Shown here: one piece after another, positions 55,208 to 64,000 of the stretch | How the letters are laid out: every line of letters begins with the position of its first letter | Position numbering within the stretch: position 1 is the stretch's first letter | DNA from: Bacilli bacterium | GTDB lineage: Bacteria > Bacillota_I > Bacilli_A > RF39 > UBA660 | Direction: 5' to 3' | Length of the DNA: 64,000 nt | Assembly: GCA_900769695.1 (NCBI GenBank) | Contig: CAAGHO010000042.1 | Span: 268-64,267 of the forward strand | The notes under the pieces: generated by a model | The model's input: only the letters and a program-made list of their open reading frames with translations | The model's database searches: none | What the model was told of the DNA's origin: nothing | Translations under genes and position numbers: made by a program

Positions 55208-56029
55208 ATGCCAGAAAAACCAGAAGTAATCACAGTAGTAAAAGCTCTAAAACAGAAAGTTTTAGAAACAACAATAAAAGATGTTTCTATTTATTGGGAT
55301 AATATAATTGCGTCTCCTAGTGTTAAAGAGTTTACTAAAAAAATCAAAAATCAAACTATTCATGATATAACAACAAGAGGTAAGTGGTTAGTCTTTATTT
55401 TAGATGATTATGTTTTATTAATTCATCTACGTATGGAAGGAAAATTCACCTTTAGAAAACAGGGCGATGCTTTAAGTAAACATGAACATGTAGTATTTTT
55501 ACTCGATGATGATATTGAAATGCGTTTTCATGATGTTAGAAAATTTGGAAAAATGTATTTACTTGATAAAAATAATTATTTAAATCAAGTTCCATTAAAA
55601 GATATGGGATATGAGTATAATGATAAAAATCTAACTGCTACATATTTATGTGATAAATTGAGTACAAAATCTATTCCGATTAAGACAAGTTTATTAGATC
55701 AGACTATTATTACAGGAATAGGAAATATTTATGATGATGAAATTTTGTTTGCAAGTGGGATTGATCCTAGAAGAAAATCTAAAACTATTACTGTTGATGA
55801 ATGTCAAAAAATAATTGATAATACAAAAGTTATTTTAGAAAAAGCAATTAAATTAGGTGGTACTACTATAAAAAGCTTTACTTCTAGTGAAGGAGTGCAT
55901 GGTTTGTTTCAAAATGAACTTGCTGTTCATGGAAAGAAAAATGCTAACTGTCCTAATTGTGGTAATAAAATAGATGTCATAAAAATAAATGGTCGTTCAA
56001 CATATTTTTGTAGTAAGTGTCAAAAATAA
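55208..56029 (+). CDS. mutM: Formamidopyrimidine-DNA glycosylase
   Basis: N-terminal MPEKPEV, H2TH region and a C-terminal zinc finger CPNCGNK...FCSKCQ. Confidence 0.9.
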   Translation: MPEKPEVITVVKALKQKVLETTIKDVSIYWDNIIASPSVKEFTKKIKNQTIHDITTRGKWLVFILDDYVLLIHLRMEGKFTFRKQGDALSKHEHVVFLLDDDIEMRFHDVRKFGKMYLLDKNNYLNQVPLKDMGYEYNDKNLTATYLCDKLSTKSIPIKTSLLDQTIITGIGNIYDDEILFASGIDPRRKSKTITVDECQKIIDNTKVILEKAIKLGGTTIKSFTSSEGVHGLFQNELAVHGKKNANCPNCGNKIDVIKINGRSTYFCSKCQK

Positions 56030-56063
56030 AGTAAAGCTTTCTAAAACACTGTTAAATACAGTA

Positions 56064-56092
56064 AAAACAACTCTAAATAGTTGTTTTTTTTA
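56064..56092 (+). terminator. mutM terminator
   Basis: Stem AAAACAACT/AGTTGTTTT then a T-run. Confidence 0.6.
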
Positions 56093-56138
56093 TTGTTTTG
56101 TGGTATATTTGGTAAGTGAGTTTAGGAGGAGAAGTAAT

Positions 56139-57548
56139 ATGAAAAAGACAAAAATTGTTTGTAGTATTGGACCATCTAGTAGTGACGTTGAAGTCATGAA
56201 AGAAATGGTTGAAGCAGGAATGAATGTTGCAAGAATTAACTTTTCTCATGCAACTATGGAAGAAAGAGTTAAAGTAGTAGACTCAGTTCGTAAGGTAAGA
56301 AAACTTACTGGAAAATCAGTAGCTCTTTTATGGGATACTAAAGGACCTGAATTCCGTAGTGGTGTTTTAGAAAATGATTCAATTGAATTAATTCCAGGTA
56401 ATACAATCCGTATTGTAAAAGAAGATGTTTTAGGTAATCAAGAAAGATTTACAGTTAATCATCCAGAAGCACTTAGTGATTTAGAAGTTGGTGATACTGT
56501 TTTACTTGAAAATGCTAAAATGAAAGTTGAAGTAACATCAGTTGAAGAAGATGGAGTTACATGTAAAATAATTGATGGTGGAACACTAGGTAATCGTAAG
56601 AGTATGAGTGTTCCTGGTAAAGCATTAAATATTCCATATATTAGTGATGTTGATAGACAAGATATTATTTATGCTTGTGAACATGGTGGAGAATTCTTAG
56701 CTATTTCATTTGTTTCTACAAAACAAAATGTATTAGAAGTAAAAGAAATTTTAAAAGAATATCATCGTGAAGATATGAAAATCATTTGTAAAATTGAAAA
56801 TCAAATCGGTATTGACAATTTAAGAGATATCTTAACAGTATCTGATGGTGTTATGATTGGTAGAGGAGACTTAGGAACAGAAATCCCAAGTGAAGAAGTT
56901 CCACATGCTCAAAAACTAATGATTAGAATCTGTCGTGAAATGGGTAAAGTAGTTATTACTGCTACTGAAATGCTTGAAACAATGATGGAAAATAGTCGTC
57001 CAAAAAGAGCTGAAACATCTGATATCGCTAATGCAGTATTAGATGGTACTGATGCAGTTATGTTAAGTGGTGAAACTACAGTTGGTAAACATCCAATTGA
57101 AACAGTAAGAGCAATGGCAAATATTTGTGAAGTTGCTGAAAAATATGCAGAATTTGATTATATTACTGGAAGAGAAGTTAATACTGTTCCAGGAGCAATC
57201 GCTGAAAGTGTTGTAGAAAGTTCTAATCGTTTAGGTGCTAAATTAATCTGTGCTGCAACAATTAGTGGTACAACAGCTGCAACAATTAGTAATTTAAAAC
57301 CAAAGGCTCCAATCTTAGCTTTATGTCCAGATGAAAAAACAGGACGTAGATTAGCTCTTAATTGGGGAGTATATCCAGCAGATTTGAAGGTTTGTAATTC
57401 AACAGATGAAGTATTAAACTTAAGTGTTGAAAGAGCTAAAGAATTTATGGATCTTGAAGAAGGGGATAAATTAATTATTACTGGTGGTTTTCCTAATACA
57501 GATGAAAATAGAACAACTAACTTAATGAAAATTGAAGTTATTGACTAA
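56139..57548 (+). CDS. pyk: Pyruvate kinase
   Basis: MKKTKIVCSIGPSS, NFSHA, MIGRGDLG, VMLSGETT. ATG 56139 follows AGGAGGAG; the ORF-track N-terminal extension crosses the mutM terminator. Confidence 0.95.
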   Translation: MKKTKIVCSIGPSSSDVEVMKEMVEAGMNVARINFSHATMEERVKVVDSVRKVRKLTGKSVALLWDTKGPEFRSGVLENDSIELIPGNTIRIVKEDVLGNQERFTVNHPEALSDLEVGDTVLLENAKMKVEVTSVEEDGVTCKIIDGGTLGNRKSMSVPGKALNIPYISDVDRQDIIYACEHGGEFLAISFVSTKQNVLEVKEILKEYHREDMKIICKIENQIGIDNLRDILTVSDGVMIGRGDLGTEIPSEEVPHAQKLMIRICREMGKVVITATEMLETMMENSRPKRAETSDIANAVLDGTDAVMLSGETTVGKHPIETVRAMANICEVAEKYAEFDYITGREVNTVPGAIAESVVESSNRLGAKLICAATISGTTAATISNLKPKAPILALCPDEKTGRRLALNWGVYPADLKVCNSTDEVLNLSVERAKEFMDLEEGDKLIITGGFPNTDENRTTNLMKIEVID

Positions 57549-57561
57549 TAAAAGTAATTGT

Positions 57562-57595
57562 AAAGAGATTGAATTTTTCAATCTCTTTATTTTGG
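57562..57595 (+). terminator. pyk terminator
   Basis: 11-bp stem AAAGAGATTGA/TCAATCTCTTT then a T-rich run. Confidence 0.65.
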
Positions 57596-57608
57596 ATAAA
57601 GAGGCATT

Positions 57609-57641
57609 AAAAAAGTCAAGATTTGTTTTTCTTGACTTTTA
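57609..57641 (-). terminator. gmk terminator
   Basis: Stem AAAAGTCAAG/CTTGACTTTT with a T-run on the minus strand. Confidence 0.6.
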
Positions 57642-57647
57642 TTTTCA

Positions 57648-58313
57648 TTATTTTATATCAATTGTTTCATTTTCACTAATTAATAGTTCGTGAATTTCTT
57701 CCTCAAGAGAAGATAAGAATGTTTCTTCAATACGATCAACACGACATTTCTCAGAAGCAATTATAGCATTAACTTTTGTAGCAGCATCTTCAACAATATC
57801 ATTAATAACAACATAATTGTATTTATTGACTTCATTTATTTCCTTATAAGCGGTTTTAAATCGTTTCATCATTACTTCTTTTGTTTCTGTTTTTCTTCCT
57901 TCTAGTCGTCTTCTTAATTCTTTAATAGTAGGTGGAAGGATAAATACGAAAATTGTTTCTTTTAAAATTTCTTTTATTTTTAAAGCTCCTTGAATTTCAA
58001 TAACTAAAATGACATCGATACCTTGATTAATTTTTTCAACAATAATGTCTTTCGGTGTTCCATAGTAATTTTCAGCGTATTCAGCATATTCGAGTAAGTC
58101 TCCATCAGCAATCTTTTTTTCAAATTCATCTCTTGATAAAAAGAAATAATCTTTTCCATTAACTTCTCCAGGGCGTGGTTTTCTACTTGTGCAAGAAACA
58201 GATAGCCAGGCATTTGGATTTGTTTTTAATACCTCTTTAACAACTGTATCTTTCCCACAACCGCTAGGTCCTGATATAACTATTAATTGTCCGTGTGTTT
58301 TTATTTTATTCAT
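57648..58313 (-). CDS. gmk: Guanylate kinase
   Basis: P-loop ISGPSGCGKDT, SCTSRKPRPGE, YYGT. About 30-aa C-terminal extension. Confidence 0.85.
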   Translation of the reverse strand: MNKIKTHGQLIVISGPSGCGKDTVVKEVLKTNPNAWLSVSCTSRKPRPGEVNGKDYFFLSRDEFEKKIADGDLLEYAEYAENYYGTPKDIIVEKINQGIDVILVIEIQGALKIKEILKETIFVFILPPTIKELRRRLEGRKTETKEVMMKRFKTAYKEINEVNKYNYVVINDIVEDAATKVNAIIASEKCRVDRIEETFLSSLEEEIHELLISENETIDIK

Positions 58314-59469
58314 TATTCATCTTCTCCTTATATTTTGGGTGGTATTTATATTCTTTTTCTATTAGTTCTTTTTTTCTTTTTTCATCTAAAATAGATGCAT
58401 AAACTAAAGTTGCGATAAACTCTTGTTCCATCATTACTGATTTATTTTTAGAAAAGTTAGAAATAATAGGAAGGTCACATTTCTTTTTGTTTTTATTAAT
58501 AAATATTTGTCCCTTATCATTAAAGCCTAATATTCTAATATATTCTAAATCTTGACACTTAGATTTTTTTTCTTTAGTAAAATTACATAGAATATGATTA
58601 AGCATTCTATTGATTCTATTTTGAGTATATCTTTTTGATTTTGTTTTTTCAATTAATTCATCATAACTTGTAGAAGAAATTATCTCTTTTTTTAACTTAA
58701 AACCTAATCCTTCGTCGACAGTTTGATATCTTTCTAAATTATCATCTAGCATGATCTTATATTTTAAGAATTTAAAATAATCTTCTTTAAAGTGAAGTTC
58801 ACTAAATTTTTCTAAAACAAAGTCTGGAACTAAAGAGCTAACATCTTTATTTTCCTCTAAAGCCTTTCTAATAGCAGTAGCACTACTAATATTATTATCG
58901 ATACTAAGACTATTATAATCACTTGTTCTTTTAATACAGAAAGGCTTTATTTTATAATTATTTTCTTTAATTATCTTTACATAACTAATTCCGAGTAAAT
59001 CATTAGGTAGGGTTAAAACTTCTCCATCTAAATCTTTCAGTGCCAAAGATAGAGCAGTAGGATAATTGTTACCAAATTTTAAATATATCTTTACAAGCTT
59101 ATCAAAATCTTCATTATTAAGTTGTATATCAACAATTTTTTTGAAGATATCAATATCATTAGTTTCGCTTCCAAAAACAAATTTATCAACACCTAGTTTT
59201 TCTAAAATAGTTAAAGCACCATAGCTAAAATAGTCAGCACTCTCAGTAGAAAATACATAGGGTAGTTCTATTACTAGGTCAATACCAGCTTTTAAGCAAA
59301 TATCAGTTTTATCCCATTTATTAATGATAGAAGGTTCTCCTCTTTGAGTGAAAGAAGAAGAAATTACCGCAATAATTTCTTCATTAGGAAACATTTCTTT
59401 GATTTTTTTTAAATGATACATATGTCCATTATGAAAGGGATTATATTCAGCAATCACTCCAACAGCCAT
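58306..59469 (-). CDS. tmcAL: tRNA(Met) cytidine acetate ligase (YlbM/UPF0348 nucleotidyltransferase)
   Basis: MAVGVIAEYNPFHNGHMYHL and overall length. Neighbourhood with yceD-rpmF matches Bacillus ylbM-ylbN-rpmF. Confidence 0.8.
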   Translation of the reverse strand: MAVGVIAEYNPFHNGHMYHLKKIKEMFPNEEIIAVISSSFTQRGEPSIINKWDKTDICLKAGIDLVIELPYVFSTESADYFSYGALTILEKLGVDKFVFGSETNDIDIFKKIVDIQLNNEDFDKLVKIYLKFGNNYPTALSLALKDLDGEVLTLPNDLLGISYVKIIKENNYKIKPFCIKRTSDYNSLSIDNNISSATAIRKALEENKDVSSLVPDFVLEKFSELHFKEDYFKFLKYKIMLDDNLERYQTVDEGLGFKLKKEIISSTSYDELIEKTKSKRYTQNRINRMLNHILCNFTKEKKSKCQDLEYIRILGFNDKGQIFINKNKKKCDLPIISNFSKNKSVMMEQEFIATLVYASILDEKRKKELIEKEYKYHPKYKEKMNNE

Positions 59470-59602
59470 ATTATTCCACCTCTTTTTGATAGGTATAATT
59501 TTAACATATTTTTTCTTTAAATAAAAGTATTTTTGTTATATTTTTAAACTTCATTAATTTACTTTTTTGATGTTTCATAGTATAATCTAGATGGTGATGT
59601 TA

Positions 59603-60058
59603 ATGCAGATAGATTTAAATTTTAATGACTCATATAAGCTGAATGAAATCGTAAATATTCCAAAGACATATTTTGAAAACAGTAGTGTTAAAAAACTAGA
59701 TAATATTAAAGTTGAAGGAAAACTTTATTATGATCCTGAAGATAATTTATATGCAGATGTAGCTATAAGTGGTAATATGGTTTTAGCAGATGATATTTCA
59801 CTAGAAGAAGTTTTATACCCATTTAGTATAGAATATAATGATATTTTAGATGAAAACTTGAAAAACAATCAAAATACACTTGATTTATTCGAGTTTTTGT
59901 GGGAAAATATTGTACTAGAGGTTCCCTTAAAATTTACTAAGGTTACGAATCTCAGTGAATTTCATGGGGATGGATGGAAATTAGTTAGTGAAGAAGAAAA
60001 CTCACTTGAACATAATCCATTTAGTGAATTGTTAGAAAACTTTGATAAAAAGGAGTGA
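59603..60058 (+). CDS. YceD/DUF177 family protein
   Basis: Acidic, about 150 aa, immediately upstream of rpmF. TTTACT-17-TATAAT promoter ends at 59586, so ATG 59603 (after GGTGA) is preferred over 59591. Confidence 0.7.
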   Translation: MQIDLNFNDSYKLNEIVNIPKTYFENSSVKKLDNIKVEGKLYYDPEDNLYADVAISGNMVLADDISLEEVLYPFSIEYNDILDENLKNNQNTLDLFEFLWENIVLEVPLKFTKVTNLSEFHGDGWKLVSEEENSLEHNPFSELLENFDKKE

Positions 60059-60063
60059 TAAAG

Positions 60064-60273
60064 ATGATGAGATTAGATATTCAAATGTTTGCAGTTCCAT
60101 TTCGTAAAGTTTCTAAAACTAGAAAAAGAACTAGACAAGCACACAAAGCTATGGTAGCTCCAGGTATGACTAAATGCCCTACATGTGGAGAAATGATTAA
60201 GCCACACAGAGTTTGTAAACATTGTGGTAGCTACAAAAAACAAACTGTAGTAGAAACAAAAGTAGCAGAATAA
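60064..60273 (+). CDS. rpmF: 50S ribosomal protein L32
   Basis: [18 protein letters not shown] and zinc ribbon CPTCGE...CKHCGSY. ATG 60064 lies 8 nt after GGAG; ATG 60085 is an alternative start. Confidence 0.9.
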   Translation: MMRLDIQMFAVPFRKVSKTRKRTRQAHKAMVAPGMTKCPTCGEMIKPHRVCKHCGSYKKQTVVETKVAE

Positions 60274-60282
60274 TAAGTTATG

Positions 60283-60310
60283 AATCAAGCAAGAAATTGC
60301 TTGATTTTTT
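60283..60310 (+). terminator. rpmF terminator
   Basis: 10-bp stem AATCAAGCAA/TTGCTTGATT, loop GAAA, then a T-run. Confidence 0.75.
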
Positions 60311-60331
60311 GTATCTGGGGGGGGGTATAAT
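60301..60331 (+). promoter_or_regulatory. Promoter with a G9 homopolymer in the spacer
   Basis: TTGATT (60301-60306), 19-nt spacer ending in nine G (60317-60325), TATAAT (60326-60331). Confidence 0.5.
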
Positions 60332-60365
60332 AGTCCTAGATATAATAAAATAGGTGATGTCTAAG

Positions 60366-61121
60366 ATGAAAAAAATAATTGTTACAATTATAGTTACTGC
60401 AACAATAACTGGTATTATTTCTATATATGGTGCTTATGCCGCAACAACATATGCAATAGGTGCAAACAAAATTGAATATACAGATAATGCATCTTTAGGT
60501 GTAGATAATGTTCAAGCAGCAATCGATGGAACCTGTACTAAGTTTTCTGATCAGTTAAAAGATATCAAAAGAAGTTTGTATCCTGTTGGCAGTATTTATA
60601 TGTCAACTACTGATAGTACCGTTGAAAGTGTAGCAGAAAGATTTGGAGGTACTTGGGAAAAGTATGCTGAAGGAACTATGCTAATGAGTGCAAACAGTCA
60701 ATATAAAGTTAATACAAGAGGTGGAAACTCGACTGTTACGTTGAGCAAAGCTAATATTCCAAGTATAAGTGTAACTGGTACTACAAATTCAACAGGAAAT
60801 GGTTATACAATTGGGTATACTTCTACAACGAGGACGACAGGTACTGGTAATGCTGCTTTTTATAGAATGCTTTTTGGTGCTGGTGGTTCTAGTCAACCAA
60901 ACCATACTGTTGGGTATAGTGGAAATTATAAAGATTTTACCGATGCAAATTATCCTATGGCTCATCATACACATAATTATGCTGATTATTATGCAAATAG
61001 TATATCTGGAGTTCAAGCACATACTCACACTTTTACAGGAAATTACACAAATAATTCTCAAACTAGTGTTAATATTCAAAACCCTTATACAGCCGTTTAC
61101 ATGTATAAAAGAACATCTTAA
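60366..61121 (+). CDS. Secreted phage-tail-fibre/tail-collar-like protein with HxH motifs, paralog 1
   Basis: Signal peptide ending GAYA-ATTYAI. NVQAAIDGTC, YPVGSIYMS...FGGTWEKY, HTH twice, and a C-terminal NIQNPYTAVYMYKRTS. ATG 60366 lies 8 nt after GGTGA. Confidence 0.6.
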   Translation: MKKIIVTIIVTATITGIISIYGAYAATTYAIGANKIEYTDNASLGVDNVQAAIDGTCTKFSDQLKDIKRSLYPVGSIYMSTTDSTVESVAERFGGTWEKYAEGTMLMSANSQYKVNTRGGNSTVTLSKANIPSISVTGTTNSTGNGYTIGYTSTTRTTGTGNAAFYRMLFGAGGSSQPNHTVGYSGNYKDFTDANYPMAHHTHNYADYYANSISGVQAHTHTFTGNYTNNSQTSVNIQNPYTAVYMYKRTS

Positions 61122-61257
61122 TTTGAAGAAAATTTCTAAGATAATAAAAATTTAAGACTTTTAATTAAATTTGTAAAATTTTTCTAGTAATACTATTTAT
61201 TGTTTGTAACATAAATTGTAAAAATATATGATCGAGTGATTAGGTAAGAAATTACTT

Positions 61258-61287
61258 GATTTTTTTATTTGAAGAGGGGTATAATTA
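61258..61287 (+). promoter_or_regulatory. Promoter of paralog 2 (homologous to 60301 but without the long G tract)
   Basis: TTGATT (61258-61263), 18-nt spacer ending GAGGGG, TATAAT (61282-61287). Confidence 0.5.
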
Positions 61288-61319
61288 CTGTAGATATATT
61301 ATAATAGGTGATATTTGAT

Positions 61320-62210
61320 ATGAAAAAAGCACAAAGAAATAATAATAAAAAATCAATTATGACTTTGTTAATGGGACTTATAATAGGATTATCATTATCT
61401 GGTATTGGAACATATGCTGCAACAACATATGCGATAAATGCAAACAAAATTGAATATACAGATAATGCATCTTTAGGTGTAGATAATGTTCAAGCGGCAA
61501 TTGATGGAACTTGTACAAAGTTTTCAGGCCAGCTAACTAGTTTGAAAGAAAGCATTATAAATACAGTATATCCGGTAGGAAGTATTTATATGTCAACTAG
61601 TGATGATACAGTAGAAAAAGTACAAAGTAAATTTGGTGGAACATGGGCTAAATATGGTAAAGGAACAACACTTGTTGGTGATGATGGTACTAATTATATA
61701 ACAAATGATTCAAAAAAAGGTAGTGGAGGATCATCAACTGTTACTTTATCTACAAGTAATTTACCAAGCCATAGTCACTCATTTACACCATCTGGATCTG
61801 TTACATCAACTTTTAGTGGTAGCTCTGTAAGTACATCTTCAGCAGATACAAGTCATACTCATTATTTCAGTGCTACTACTTCAACAAATGGAAACCATAG
61901 ACATACTCAAACAGTTGCAGGATCTCCATATGGTACTAGTGGGGTTGGTATTCTTGCTAACTCAGGATATGTTACTGATGTTAATTCTAATCAAACAACA
62001 GCTTACGCGGGTGATCATAATCATACAGTTTCTGGAAATACTGGAGGAATGAGTCAAAATTCTACTCATAGTCATACTGTAACAGCTAAAGGAAGTGTAT
62101 CAAGCACATTTGCAGGAGCAGCTAGTACAACAGGTAGTACTGGTAGCGGAAGTGCTATTAATATTCAAAATCCATATACAGTAGTATATATGTATAAAAG
62201 AACAGCTTAG
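61320..62210 (+). CDS. Secreted phage-tail-fibre/tail-collar-like protein with five HxH motifs, paralog 2
   Basis: Signal peptide ending GTYA-ATTYAI. Same NVQAAIDGTC and YPVGSIYMS...FGGTWAKY blocks. GGSSTVTLSTSNLPSHSHSF (tail-collar-like). HSH, HTH, HRH, HNH, HSH. C-terminal NIQNPYTVVYMYKRTA. Confidence 0.6.
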   Translation: MKKAQRNNNKKSIMTLLMGLIIGLSLSGIGTYAATTYAINANKIEYTDNASLGVDNVQAAIDGTCTKFSGQLTSLKESIINTVYPVGSIYMSTSDDTVEKVQSKFGGTWAKYGKGTTLVGDDGTNYITNDSKKGSGGSSTVTLSTSNLPSHSHSFTPSGSVTSTFSGSSVSTSSADTSHTHYFSATTSTNGNHRHTQTVAGSPYGTSGVGILANSGYVTDVNSNQTTAYAGDHNHTVSGNTGGMSQNSTHSHTVTAKGSVSSTFAGAASTTGSTGSGSAINIQNPYTVVYMYKRTA

Positions 62211-62270
62211 TTCTTTTTTTCTTTTTAAAAATTAATAGTTTATATGATATAATATTTAAAGGTGAGACTT

Positions 62271-64000
62271 ATGAATTTAGAACTTAATATGAATGAAGAT
62301 ACATTATTAATTACTCCTAGTAAAACAAAAAAATACATTTTAAAAAAATATTCAGATAGCCTATTACCAATAAAGTTTATATCTTTAGAAGAATTTAGGA
62401 AATCTTACTTTTTTTCGTATGACAATAAAGCACTGGATTATTTGATTTCTAAATATCGCTATAATCTTTCTACAGCAAAGATAATTATCAATAATTTATA
62501 TTTTATAGATGTAGAAAAGAATTATAATGATTCTAAACTAATTAATCTTCAAAATATAAAGAAAGATTTAATAGAAAATAACTATTTGGAGTTTAACTTC
62601 TTATTCAGAAATTATATAAAGAATAAGAATATTATTATCTATAATTATTTTTTACTTGAACCGTATGAAGAAGAGATTTTCAAAAATAATAAAATTATTA
62701 ATTTAAAACCGAAAGACATAAATATACCTGTATATCATTGTAGTAGTTTAGAAGAGGAAATTATATTTGTAATAGAAAATATCTTATCTTTAATAGATAA
62801 AGGTGTAGCACTAAATAAGATAATTATTTCTAATGTTGATAGTGAATATAGTTTTCTAATGTATAAATTATTTTCTTATTATAATATTCCACTTAATATT
62901 AATCTGGATGAAAATTTATATGGAACTAATATTGTTAAGAAATATTTAGAAACAAAGGAATTACCTGGTTTTATTAATCCTATAGTTAAAAAATTAGTTG
63001 ATGTTATAAATTCATTAAAAGATGTTGAAGATAGTCCTAATTATCAAGAATTTTTAGTTGATGCTTTAAAAAATACTAAACTAAGCTCTATTAGATATGA
63101 TAACGCTATTAATGTAGTCTCTGATATTCCTATAGTAGATGATGATAACTATTTATTTATTGTAGGTTTGAATCAAGATGTATTACCTAAGATATATAAA
63201 GATGAGGATTATTTATCCGATAAGTTAAAACTAACTGTTGGATTAATGCCTTCATATATAAAAAACAAGAAAGAAAAAGAACGTGTTATTAGTATAATTT
63301 CAAATACAAAAAATTGCATTTTATCATACAAAGATAAAAGTAGTTTTAATGAATATCTAAAATCAAGTTTAATAGATGAATTAAATTTAGAAGTTCTAGA
63401 TTATAAAATGAATACTACTAATAGTAATTTATATAATAAGTTATTACTTGGTGAAAAATTAGATAATTATTATAAATATAATGAAATAGATGATTATTTA
63501 AAGAAATTATATAGTCATTATGTGATTCCATATAATACGTATGACAACAAATATAAGAATGTTAAGAAAGAAGAACTCTATGAATACTTAAATTCATATT
63601 TAAAAGTAAGTTATACTTCACTAAATAGTTTTTATCTATGTAAGTTTCAATATTATATAAAGTATATTTTGAAAATAGATCCATATAAATCGAATTTTTC
63701 AACTGTTATTGGTAATTTATTTCATTATATATTTTCAGTTATGGATAATCCATTATTTAATTTAGATAGGGAATGGGATTCTTATTTAGAAAAACAAACT
63801 TTGAGTTTAAAAGAAAGATTTTTCTTGAATAATTTAAAAGAAGATTTAATAGAAGATATTAGAATAATTAAGGATCAAGATTTACTAACAAATTTTAAAG
63901 ATAAATTATATGAAAAAGAAGTCAATGTTAAATTAGATAAACAAATAGATACAATCTTAACTGGTAAAATAGATAAAATAATGTATCACAATAATTTAGT
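62271..64000 (+). CDS. AddB/RexB-like PD-(D/E)XK nuclease subunit (3' end outside window), absent from the ORF track
   Basis: My reading finds no stop from ATG 62271 (after AAAGGTGAG) to the window end. VSYTSLNSFYLCKFQYYIKYIL, GNLFHYIF and LTGKIDKIMY resemble the AddB/RexB nuclease-domain motifs. Confidence 0.6.
   Translation, partial: MNLELNMNEDTLLITPSKTKKYILKKYSDSLLPIKFISLEEFRKSYFFSYDNKALDYLISKYRYNLSTAKIIINNLYFIDVEKNYNDSKLINLQNIKKDLIENNYLEFNFLFRNYIKNKNIIIYNYFLLEPYEEEIFKNNKIINLKPKDINIPVYHCSSLEEEIIFVIENILSLIDKGVALNKIIISNVDSEYSFLMYKLFSYYNIPLNINLDENLYGTNIVKKYLETKELPGFINPIVKKLVDVINSLKDVEDSPNYQEFLVDALKNTKLSSIRYDNAINVVSDIPIVDDDNYLFIVGLNQDVLPKIYKDEDYLSDKLKLTVGLMPSYIKNKKEKERVISIISNTKNCILSYKDKSSFNEYLKSSLIDELNLEVLDYKMNTTNSNLYNKLLLGEKLDNYYKYNEIDDYLKKLYSHYVIPYNTYDNKYKNVKKEELYEYLNSYLKVSYTSLNSFYLCKFQYYIKYILKIDPYKSNFSTVIGNLFHYIFSVMDNPLFNLDREWDSYLEKQTLSLKERFFLNNLKEDLIEDIRIIKDQDLLTNFKDKLYEKEVNVKLDKQIDTILTGKIDKIMYHNNL

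Noticed and set aside
55989-56138. N-terminal extension of pyruvate kinase in the ORF track (start at 55989)
   Set aside because: The extension overlaps the mutM 3' end and reads through the mutM terminator hairpin. A canonical MKKTKIVCSIGP start with an AGGAGGAG RBS is at 56139.
58004-58213. 69-aa minus-strand ORF in an alternative frame of gmk
   Set aside because: It lies entirely inside the guanylate kinase CDS in another frame, with no independent signals.
60789-61155. Overlapping ORFs (96 aa minus, 118 aa plus, alternative frame) within HxH paralog 1
   Set aside because: The annotated frame is conserved with paralog 2 at the protein level. The alternative frames give Ile/Leu-rich nonsense and have no start signals.
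60354-62210. Prophage or prophage-remnant interpretation of the tail-fibre-like genes
   Set aside because: No integrase, terminase, capsid, tape-measure, holin/lysin or att-like repeats are visible on either side. Both proteins carry signal peptides, which true tail fibres lack. The region is kept as a finding about domesticated fibre-like proteins.
1-64000. Scan for CRISPR arrays, tRNA/rRNA genes, transposases/IS elements and integrases
   Set aside because: I found no regularly spaced 25-40-nt repeats with unique spacers, no cloverleaf-like or rRNA-like GC-rich segments, and no DDE/tyrosine/serine recombinase motifs in any translated ORF. The only phased repeats are the 10-nt mraZ boxes and the 23-nt array at 38041.

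Overview
Very AT-rich Firmicutes-type chromosomal window. Gene content and motifs fit a Clostridia/Erysipelotrichia-like anaerobe. It is almost fully coding, mostly on the + strand.

Housekeeping blocks: def; a SEDS protein (FtsW/SpoVE); comEA-comEC; an HD hydrolase; dnaI; an RNB ribonuclease; T-box-controlled thrS; mraZ-rsmH-ftsL-PBP2B (only the 5' end of a dcw cluster); a second class B PBP; an M18 aminopeptidase; lexA; polA-mutM; pyk; gmk; tmcAL; yceD-rpmF; and the 5' part of an addB/rexB-like nuclease that runs off the window.

Accessory content:
(i) Five paralogues of a TasA/camelysin-like secreted protein family: three in tandem at 1-4.5 kb, a minimal one at 13.1 kb and one at 40.5 kb. 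Four of them carry extra C-terminal modules.
(ii) A Wzx/Wzy-type polysaccharide locus (about 24.4-38.0 kb). Its duplicated priming transferases bracket a decaying tandem array of DUF1016/YhcG-like PD-(D/E)XK genes.
(iii) A wall-attachment module with two LCP ligases, bracketed by two VanZ genes.
(iv) Two tandem secreted proteins resembling phage tail fibres (HxH motifs) just downstream of rpmF. The first sits behind a G9 homopolymer in its promoter spacer.

Two small genes missing from the ORF track are proposed: a YjcZ-like Cys-rich peptide, and a small membrane protein divergent from lexA. No rRNA, tRNA, CRISPR array, transposase or integrase was recognised. All calls come from reading motifs in the supplied translations and DNA; no database search or computation was possible.
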